32,000 nucleotides of DNA from Fibrobacteria bacterium (GCA_050294405.1 JBNKOC010000032.1:61677-93676); one strand, 5' to 3'; shown: positions 21,213 to 28,523, counted from the first letter of the stretch. Made by a program: numbers and translations. The notes: generated from the letters alone by a model not told the origin.

Positions 21213-22207
21213 AAACCCATTTCCCTTTTTAAGTTTTCCATATAGGGCCCGGCGATGGCTCTGGCTTTTTCGGCTCCCTTTTTAAGCACCTCATCCAGAT
21301 AATCCTTGTTGTCCATTAACTTGAAAAACTCTTCTCTGGGTTTTTCCAGTTGGGCATTTAAACTTTCAAAAAACATTTTTTTAGCCTGGCCCCAGCCCAT
21401 TCCCCCGGCTTCATAGGTTTTGCGGACCTCGGCATCTTGCTGCCCATTTAAAAACAAGCGATGTAAAGAATATACATAGCTTTCCTCCGGATTTTTTGGC
21501 TCTTCGGGAGTCTGGCTGTTGGTTACAATTTTGTTAATGAGTTTTTGCAGTGGCTTGGGCTGTAAAAACAGGGGTATGGTATTCCCATAACTTTTACTCA
21601 TTTTTCGGCCATCCAGACCCACTATGGTTTCCGCATGTTCACTGATTTTAGCTTCCGGCAAAACTAAAAGAGGTTTTCCGTAATGGTTGTTAATTCTATC
21701 GGCAAAATCCCGGGCAAATTCCAGATGTTGTTTTTGATCTTGTCCAATGGGAACCACATTGGCGCTAAAGAGCAAAATGTCTGCTGCCATAAGCACAGGA
21801 TAGCTGTAAAAACCCATATTCACACCATCGTCCAAATCCTTACCCGCTTCCTGATTTTTAGTCATGCGGTCCTTGTAGCCGTGGGCCCGATTCATAAAAC
21901 CTTTGGGGGCAAAACAGGATAGGAGCCAGCTCAACTGAGTGATTTCCGGAACATGGCTTTGCCGGTAAAAGATGCAGTTTTCGGGGTCGAGACCTAAAGC
22001 CAGCCAGGTGGCCCCCACGGTGTAGATAGATTCATTAAAATCCTCTGGGGCGGGAGTTGTGGTTAAAGCGTGATAGTCCGCGATAAAGTAAAGAGGCTCA
22101 TAATCTTTGGAAAGTTCAAGAGCCGGACGTATGGCCCCCAGCCAATTTCCAATATGAGGCATGCCTGTGGGCTTAATGCCCGTTAGTGATCGTAATTTCA
22201 TGTCCAA
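21209..22207 (-). CDS. trpS: Tryptophanyl-tRNA synthetase
   Basis: TGIKPTGMPHIGNWLGAIRP and GRKMSKSYGN (KMSKS) signatures. Confidence 0.97.
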   Translation of the reverse strand: MDMKLRSLTGIKPTGMPHIGNWLGAIRPALELSKDYEPLYFIADYHALTTTPAPEDFNESIYTVGATWLALGLDPENCIFYRQSHVPEITQLSWLLSCFAPKGFMNRAHGYKDRMTKNQEAGKDLDDGVNMGFYSYPVLMAADILLFSANVVPIGQDQKQHLEFARDFADRINNHYGKPLLVLPEAKISEHAETIVGLDGRKMSKSYGNTIPLFLQPKPLQKLINKIVTNSQTPEEPKNPEESYVYSLHRLFLNGQQDAEVRKTYEAGGMGWGQAKKMFFESLNAQLEKPREEFFKLMDNKDYLDEVLKKGAEKARAIAGPYMENLKREMGF

Positions 22208-22339
22208 AATTTAAAAAAAACTTGAGTCTTGTCTTTCTCAAATCCTTCGTTTTGTTGAGGATTTGTTCTGTTTTTAACGAGTTATTAAATATGCCAAAGC
22301 CACAACCTCTATTTAGCTGGTTGTGCCATCCACCTAGAT

Positions 22340-23341
22340 TTAATTCAATAAAGCGTGTTCTTGCTCAAACCAATTCAAATCTTTATTCAGAATAGTATTC
22401 GGCTTTATTGTTTTTTTATCCTTCAATTTTTTTTTATATAAAACTTTATAATAACAGTTTAATTGCTCAAATTTATTTGGGAGTATTTGTCTAACATACC
22501 CAATCTTCCCCAAAAGTCTTTGGGTATCTTTTTGTGTAATAGATCCGCTTTGCTTATGCTTACCGACCATCTTCATTATTTCATAATAATGTTTGTTTGG
22601 TATTAACAACTCTTTTTCTGGGCCGATGATAGGTCCAGTAACTGTTTTATACTTCTTTTTTGAAAAATATTTTGTTTTTTTCTTTTTTATATTTAGCCCA
22701 GCTCTTTTCAATTTGTTATCAATCAACAAATGAAAATCTTTTGATATAGGATTGTTAGTTGAAAAAGTCATATCATCAACGTATAGCGAAAAAAGCATTT
22801 GCCTGTCTTTCGCTTCTTTTGATATTTTATTAAAAAGGTTTGAATGTGTCCAGTAGGCTAAAGTTTGGCTCAAATGGCTACCTGTTGGGATGTGATCTGA
22901 ATAGCATGTAAGGTTTGCCAACAACCATGCCACATCATCACTCATTTTAAACTGATAGCGAAAAAGCCTGAACACGTGCTCCTTTTTACAGTTTGTATAA
23001 AAGCTTTCAATGTCAGTCGCCAACATGTAACTATTACTTACATGATATTTTGCGTTATCAATACTAGACACCCCTTTTTTCCCTGAAAACAAATACTCTG
23101 GTGTCTGAATTTTCATCATCAATTGTTGTAATCGAAAGTGGATTTTTTTTCTTAGGTGTATTGGCTCTTGGACTTCTCTAGTCTTAGCACCTTTCTTCGC
23201 ATCAAAAACTCTGTAAAAATTTGTGTCCGTTAGCGATGCAAGCTCTCTTACCTCTATTTTCAATATTTGACATAACCTTCTTTTATTAGAAAGCTTATAT
23301 AAAGGGCTGGAAGTAATTGGATATAATTTATGCCGTTGCAC
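22340..23341 (-). CDS. Retron-type reverse transcriptase
   Basis: Retron X-region motif NAKYH (NAxxH), catalytic LYVDDMTFS, retron Y-region VTG (YKTVTGPIIG), basic C-terminus; overlaps the HTH gene by 14 nt. Confidence 0.92.
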   Translation of the reverse strand: MQRHKLYPITSSPLYKLSNKRRLCQILKIEVRELASLTDTNFYRVFDAKKGAKTREVQEPIHLRKKIHFRLQQLMMKIQTPEYLFSGKKGVSSIDNAKYHVSNSYMLATDIESFYTNCKKEHVFRLFRYQFKMSDDVAWLLANLTCYSDHIPTGSHLSQTLAYWTHSNLFNKISKEAKDRQMLFSLYVDDMTFSTNNPISKDFHLLIDNKLKRAGLNIKKKKTKYFSKKKYKTVTGPIIGPEKELLIPNKHYYEIMKMVGKHKQSGSITQKDTQRLLGKIGYVRQILPNKFEQLNCYYKVLYKKKLKDKKTIKPNTILNKDLNWFEQEHALLN

Positions 23342-23630
23342 TTTCTATCTTTTGTAGAAATTGTATTGTTTTCTTTCGGACAAGATCTTTAAATTTTCGC
23401 TTACCTTTATCAGCTTCTAAATCTTCTGCAAAAAACAAAATCGAAGAAGGTGTTGTTTTAAATATTTTAGCGTACTTTCGTATTAACTCCAAAGAGGGTT
23501 CCTTTTTCCCGTTTTCAATCTCTGACAGATAACTAGGGGATATACTCAAATCAGCCGCTAAGTCGTAAGATTTAATGTCATGAAATTTTCTAATTAATCT
23601 AAGTGCTTCATTTACCATAGTTATAATCAT
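23328..23630 (-). CDS. XRE-family helix-turn-helix protein, retron-associated
   Basis: LAADLSISPSYLSEIENGKKEPSLELIRKYAKIF is a canonical XRE HTH; start may be the second ATG at 23618. Confidence 0.9.
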   Translation of the reverse strand: MIITMVNEALRLIRKFHDIKSYDLAADLSISPSYLSEIENGKKEPSLELIRKYAKIFKTTPSSILFFAEDLEADKGKRKFKDLVRKKTIQFLQKIESATA

Positions 23631-23651
23631 TGAGTTAAAAAAAATAGGAAG

Positions 23652-23792
23652 CTAGTCGCCAAAAACCCAGATGAACAGTCTAACCAAAAAAAGAATTACC
23701 TTGATAATTACAAGTCTCCATATTTTTCGTTGACTTTTTTTCTTTTCAGCAACAGGACTACGGGCTAATAGGTTAATGTGTTTAATAATCAT
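23652..23792 (-). CDS. Small 46-aa ORF, basic N-half and hydrophobic C-half; candidate membrane peptide/effector
   Basis: Translation by hand: MIIKHINLLARSPVAEKKKSQRKIWRLVIIKVILFLVRLFIWVFGD*. SD AAGGAG lies 5 nt before the ATG; ends 22 nt before the HTH ORF; below the ORF-track length cutoff. Confidence 0.5.
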   Translation of the reverse strand: MIIKHINLLARSPVAEKKKSQRKIWRLVIIKVILFLVRLFIWVFGD

Positions 23793-23799
23793 TTTTTCT

Positions 23800-24093
23800 C
23801 CTTTCCAGACTTGGGTTACCTACACGAGACATTCGCACAGGCCTAATTCAAGTCTCTCACAAGAAAGGTCCGTACCGTAATCCTATTCACCTCCTATTTG
23901 TTTCGCCACCGCTCTCACAGCGGTGGCATGAAATGATTGCGGAAGGGGTTTATTCAAAAGTTAAGTAGCCAATCTACCAACGGAAGGAATCAACCCTACC
24001 TCTGCAAAAAAATTGAGCATTACCCAGAAAGTAAAACTCACAGGCTTCCGCCCACTTTAGCTTTTCAGCTTTGTGAATTACGGAACCTATCAA
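23800..24093 (-). ncRNA. Candidate retron msr-msd non-coding RNA (boundaries approximate)
   Basis: Consecutive inverted repeats on the minus strand at 24087-24043, 24040-24014, 24000-23941, 23933-23901 and 23868-23800, plus long-range complement CCGTAAT (24083-24077) / ATTACGG (23881-23875). Position upstream of the retron operon. Confidence 0.6.
23901..23933 (-). ncRNA. Perfect 9-bp GC-rich hairpin within candidate retron ncRNA
   Basis: GCCACCGCT-GTGAG-AGCGGTGGC on the minus strand, extended by TTTC/GAAA across a 2-nt AT bulge. Confidence 0.75.
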
Positions 24094-24094
24094 C

Positions 24095-24160
24095 AACATG
24101 AATATAAGATCATATTCAATTTTTTGCAAATAATATTTGCAAATAGCGAATTTATTTTTG
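24095..24160. promoter_or_regulatory. Candidate divergent promoter/operator region with repeated palindromic TTTGCAAA
   Basis: TTTGCAAA at 24123-24130 and 24136-24143 (13-bp period). Minus strand: TTTG (24130-24127), 20-nt spacer, TATATTCA (24106-24099). Plus strand: TATTTTTG (24153-24160) matches the Bacteroidota -7 TAnnTTTG consensus. Confidence 0.4.
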
Positions 24161-24164
24161 GGTA

Positions 24165-24590
24165 ATCAAGGGCACGGCGTGCTTCGCACATGGTCACGGG
24201 CTCGAACTGCGTGTGAGCATGGCTGGACGGATCTGTTTTCTACGCGGTATGGGAAAGACCCAGGATACCTGGCGAAGCGATAGTGTAAAGTAAGACGCAG
24301 GGAGCTTTGCTTTCAAAGCGGCCGGATTGCTTCACCCTTTTTCATGGCCTTAGCGCGAAGGTGGGGTATCTTGGGACTTAACTTTCCTCGGTAGATTTTC
24401 TCTCCAGTCTTGCGGGGTGGCTTTTGGTGTGTACTTCCATAGCCTGTACGTATCCTATATCAGCTCCGCCTTCAAGCATATGAATGGCACAGCTATGGCG
24501 AAGTAAATGGCAAGCCCCTATTTTTTTGCGTGCCGGATTCTTAGATATGTCGCATTATTATATCGACAAGATGCCCGGCACTAAGTATTC
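24165..24590 (+). ncRNA. Candidate large structured RNA of unknown family
   Basis: Nested complementary arms: 24221-24227/24403-24409, 24239-24243/24391-24395, 24252-24257/24382-24387, 24259-24270/24364-24375. Separate stem 24432-24446/24490-24505 and hairpin 24530-24581. G-U wobbles favour the plus strand. Confidence 0.5.
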
Positions 24591-25126
24591 CCCTAAGACA
24601 ATTATAAACAAATGGCCTTCCCCGAGTATTTTAACTAGCCTTGGTGATTCCCTAAGAAATTTTTCCACCCAGAACTGCTCCCGGGGTCCAAGGAGTGTTG
24701 GAGCTGAATTTAAAATGAATTAAATTTGACTTTCCATTATCAACTTTAGGTGTGACAACTTCCCAAAAAAAGTTTTTTTTAAAACAACAATTTCAACCCT
24801 AAATTAAAAGCACCACCACTATTCTGTGTAATTTCGCAGATAATTCATGTTTTATCTAAGATTTTGCAAATTATCGAAATGGGGACAGCGGGCATAGCCA
24901 AAAGGAAATTAGTGCCTAAAGCTCCAGTAAAAAGGTATATTTAACCCAAAAAAATTACTGTTTTGCTGAATTACTCGTTTAAATGCCAGAGAGTGAAAAA
25001 ATTGTAGACTTTTTGATAAGCTAATATCACCATCTAAATCTAGTTTAATCAAAGCAAGTTCTTTATTCAACTTTCAATTGTTAATTATCCATATCACTAA
25101 ATTTTTATCAATCAAAAGTTAAAAAA

Positions 25127-26707
25127 ATGGCATATTTTAGAGTCTTTATCAAAAGTATTTGCATTGCGTTTGCCTTGGTTTCAAATGCGATCTCACAAAT
25201 AGAGCCCTGTCAAACCCTGAGTTGCGATACCCTGGCAGTTAAAGAAATTTTAGCTCTAAACGGAATAAGTAACCCTGGATTAAATGGTGTGACAATTGAC
25301 ACTTTGACAAATAGGGTCATTCGATTTGGATATGGATTTGATACCATTCCCCCGCAGATAGGTAGGCTATCTGAGCTAAAACATTTATCAATATACGGAA
25401 ACCAATCGAATATTTTAGACTTAACTAGCTTGCCAACTGAAATGAGTTTATTATCGAAGTTGGAATTATTAGAAATAAAATTTGTAAACTGGACTATTCC
25501 CCCCAAAGAAATTGGCCTCATACCCAATTTAAAGCACCTACTTGTAACCTCCTGTAGTTTAGTTGATTTGCCTGACGAGTTAACAAATCTGCCTTTGGAA
25601 TTTTTGGACATATCTTATAATAATTTTGAAAATTTACCAGATGTAATTTTTGAAATTAGCACACTTAGAAAATTTGGATCAAGAATAAACCCAATCGAAA
25701 ATATTCCACCTGAAATAGTTCAATTAACTGAGTTATGTTCTTTATATGTAACCAATAGTTCAATAGTAAAATTACCCGAAAATATTGGAGATTTAAAAAA
25801 TTTAAAATATTTGGAAGTATCAGGGTCTAAGTTAACAGTTTTGCCTGTTAGTATTGGAGATCTGGATAGCCTTCAAGAGCTGCTAGTTTTTGACAATGAA
25901 CTTAAGTCTTTACCACCAGAAATAGGTAACCTGCAAAATTTGAAAAAGCTCAGTATTCACGAAAATTATTTTGAAGAACTGCCTGCGGAAATAGGCAACC
26001 TTTCAAAGCTTGAAACTTTAAATGTCCGCAACAACCTGTTAACAGATTTGCCTTCGGAGATTGCAACATTATCAAATTTGGACAGGTTACACCTCCAAAC
26101 AAACAATATTTCCTATTTAAGAGAAGAGTTATTTACCCTGGAAAAATTGACCATTTTAGATTTGAGTCACAATCAATTGACTGAAATTCCCCCTAGTATT
26201 TCAAAATTGAATAATCTAACCCATTTATATTTAGCCTTTAACGGTTTATCAGATTTGCCATTAGAACTAACTAACATGCCCAATTTATATGCCATGGATT
26301 TAGCCTTTAATAATTTTTGCAATTTGCCAGATACACTTATCGAATGGCTTTCTACTCAAACCGCATATCTGGGAAACCCTAACACATATGAGTATATCAT
26401 GGAAACTCAAAGACTTGACTCCGTAACCTATTGTGATGGGAGTGAAATTAATGTAAAAACGGCATTCCCCTTATCAAGATCAAAAATTTATCAATATCAA
26501 CTCAATAGTGACTTTTACATAATTTTTGAAAGTTCTAGCTCAAAAAATGTGGAAATTTATAACTTGGAGGGTCGAATAGCTGCCACTTTTTATGATGTTA
26601 AAGGGCGACTAAGAATTTCAAAAGGTTCTATGCCTAATTCCATCTATTTTGTAAGAGTATTTGATGGTGACGAGACGTACACAACGAAAATTCTTTTTGG
26701 TAAGTAA
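25127..26707 (+). CDS. Secreted leucine-rich-repeat protein with T9SS type A-like C-terminal sorting domain
   Basis: Signal peptide, tandem LP.EIGNL..L..L repeats, C-terminal NVEIYNLEGRI...NSIYFVRVFDGDETYTTKILFGK. Confidence 0.88.
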   Translation: MAYFRVFIKSICIAFALVSNAISQIEPCQTLSCDTLAVKEILALNGISNPGLNGVTIDTLTNRVIRFGYGFDTIPPQIGRLSELKHLSIYGNQSNILDLTSLPTEMSLLSKLELLEIKFVNWTIPPKEIGLIPNLKHLLVTSCSLVDLPDELTNLPLEFLDISYNNFENLPDVIFEISTLRKFGSRINPIENIPPEIVQLTELCSLYVTNSSIVKLPENIGDLKNLKYLEVSGSKLTVLPVSIGDLDSLQELLVFDNELKSLPPEIGNLQNLKKLSIHENYFEELPAEIGNLSKLETLNVRNNLLTDLPSEIATLSNLDRLHLQTNNISYLREELFTLEKLTILDLSHNQLTEIPPSISKLNNLTHLYLAFNGLSDLPLELTNMPNLYAMDLAFNNFCNLPDTLIEWLSTQTAYLGNPNTYEYIMETQRLDSVTYCDGSEINVKTAFPLSRSKIYQYQLNSDFYIIFESSSSKNVEIYNLEGRIAATFYDVKGRLRISKGSMPNSIYFVRVFDGDETYTTKILFGK

Positions 26708-26822
26708 AATTTCTCATTATGAAACTTCATATAAATTAGCCTTCAATTATAAACTACACGAAGAGGTGGCCTATGGTAGCTTTATCCTCTACCAAAAGCT
26801 GTTCATTGATAAATTTTCATAA

Positions 26823-27143
26823 TTACTCTTTATTGCCTATCCTGCGCAAGATAAAAATCATAATAAAAAAACAAATGAAAACTAGTGTGATAATATTTTG
26901 TTTAACAGAAAAATAATCAAGCTCATAAATAAGATGAACAACCGCCGAAATGAGTGACAACGATAGGAAAGCCACAAATACCACATATCTTAGTCTTTTT
27001 TTTGAGACCGAAATTAAAAAAAAACACAAAGAAATAATCATAGCAGCATTAATTACGGAAAACATTACCCAAGGAACGAAATAAATAGCACTGATGAACA
27101 ATGCTGAGTACATTATAATCAAAAGGAAATCGAAAAGTTTCAT
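26823..27143 (-). CDS. Small multi-TM membrane protein, candidate immunity protein of the adjacent Rhs ORF
   Basis: 106 aa, about 4 hydrophobic segments; starts 3 nt after the Rhs stop codon on the same strand. Confidence 0.6.
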   Translation of the reverse strand: MKLFDFLLIIMYSALFISAIYFVPWVMFSVINAAMIISLCFFLISVSKKRLRYVVFVAFLSLSLISAVVHLIYELDYFSVKQNIITLVFICFFIMIFILRRIGNKE

Positions 27144-27146
27144 AGC

Positions 27147-28523
27147 TTACCTACGAGTTCCTTGTTCCCAATATCGTTCTTTTTCCTTAATCATTTTCAT
27201 AGACTCTGTTATATTTGTTACAATAGATGATGAAGTAAAATCTCTTGAAAAACCATATCTGAAATCATATATATGCAAAGCTTCGTTCATAAAATTGCCT
27301 TGCCACCGTTTCATAAAATCACCTGGATTGAGCATGTCATCGACTTTAATTTTAAATGACTGAAACCCAGGGTCATAATATTTATGACCCATCAAATGTT
27401 TATTAATGCCGCCACTGGCCAAATTTCCTGTAGCATTTATAGTATTAGCTAGGAACTGATATTTAAGTGCTGTATTCAAGTCATAGCCATGTTTTTGAGA
27501 ATCATATATATGTCCACCCGCTCTTAATGAAAAATCAATAGTATTATGCAATAGTGTTCTTGAAGCAAACGCAGAAAAAGAATTTGAAGCTATTGACCAT
27601 CCATGTTTTATTGCAGACATATCAATTCCGGTCGTAATTGCACCTGAGAATCCTGCGGCAACCACACCTCCCCAACGAATTTGGCTATTATCGCCACCAG
27701 ACATCGCGTATTGAAGTGACAATTCAACTGCAGCTGCAGTAGCAGCCTTCAATGCTATGACACCTATAACTGCCCATTGAATAGCTCTTCCGTCTGGATC
27801 TATAAAGTTAATTGGATTAGTGGCATATGAATAATAGCTAAAAAACTGTTTTTCCGGGTCAGTCGAAATCCACAACCCCACAACAGGGTCAAAATACCTA
27901 GCACCAAAATAATACAAACCCATGCCCTCGGTGAATCCTGTAACAACTCCATCCTCATCTAACTCCTTGCCTGTAAATTTTTCCCTGGTTGGATATCCTG
28001 ATTCCACAACCTTATTAATTTCCCCATGCAAAGCATATTTATTTGCATCTATCAATTGGTCTCCACTTATAGTACCCACAATAGAGCCTAAGTGATCTTT
28101 AATATAAAAATAATACCTGTCCGTTGCGTCAACTTCTATTCTACCTTCAACTTGAGAGTTACCAAAGGTCATATATTCCTTAAGTTCAGCATTTCCGAGG
28201 TCAAATTCCGAAATAAAACCGCCGTCGTAATAAATTGTCTTTTTAATAAGGGTTTCATTAGAAATGGTACCAAGGATATTGATAGCAAATCCATTAAGGC
28301 TCAACGCATCAGCATCAATTTCAGTGGGAGTAATATACCCATCCTGTGGCACTGAAACATGAATATCTAAATCTTCCGTTAGTGGCATTTCGGCAGTTAC
28401 GGCTTCTTCAATGGTTGAATACTGTCCATATGGACCTACATCTACATCTTTGGTAACAGATATGTTTACAAACACTAAAACAACAAATATAAACAAACTA
28501 TTTTTCATACTCAAAATCTGCAA
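27147..28523 (-). CDS. Compact secreted Rhs-core protein with C-terminal candidate toxin domain
   Basis: Signal peptide (MKNSLFIFVVLVFVNIS), YIKDHLGSIVGTI...FTGKELDEDG...LYYFGARYFDPVVGLWISTDPE...NPINFIDPDG core, then 213 aa of unrelated sequence (27150-27788). Confidence 0.85.
   Translation of the reverse strand: MQILSMKNSLFIFVVLVFVNISVTKDVDVGPYGQYSTIEEAVTAEMPLTEDLDIHVSVPQDGYITPTEIDADALSLNGFAINILGTISNETLIKKTIYYDGGFISEFDLGNAELKEYMTFGNSQVEGRIEVDATDRYYFYIKDHLGSIVGTISGDQLIDANKYALHGEINKVVESGYPTREKFTGKELDEDGVVTGFTEGMGLYYFGARYFDPVVGLWISTDPEKQFFSYYSYATNPINFIDPDGRAIQWAVIGVIALKAATAAAVELSLQYAMSGGDNSQIRWGGVVAAGFSGAITTGIDMSAIKHGWSIASNSFSAFASRTLLHNTIDFSLRAGGHIYDSQKHGYDLNTALKYQFLANTINATGNLASGGINKHLMGHKYYDPGFQSFKIKVDDMLNPGDFMKRWQGNFMNEALHIYDFRYGFSRDFTSSSIVTNITESMKMIKEKERYWEQGTRR

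Noticed and set aside
24011-24040. Hairpin TGAGTTTTAC/GTAATGCTCA followed by T7 as an intrinsic terminator
   Set aside because: Possible, but the stem is AU-rich with a mismatch. Similar stem-loops continue downstream into the HTH-RT operon, so I treat it as part of the ncRNA rather than a definite terminator.
22340-24590. Diversity-generating retroelement or group II intron
   Set aside because: RT has NAxxH and VTG retron motifs; no maturase/HNH domain, no intron domain V sequence, and no template/variable repeat pair was seen near the RT or the LRR/Rhs genes.
24165-24590. tmRNA, RNase P RNA, 6S or SRP RNA
   Set aside because: No tag-peptide ORF with tRNA-like end, no complete GAGGAAAGTCCGGGC-type core (only a weak GAGGAAAGTTAAGTCCC resemblance on the minus strand), no SRP core. 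Rfam search still needed.
24484-24723. 79-aa ORF within the plus-strand structured block
   Set aside because: No recognisable domain, no clear SD, and it spans a perfect nested hairpin. It is more likely incidental, though a degenerate gene cannot be excluded.
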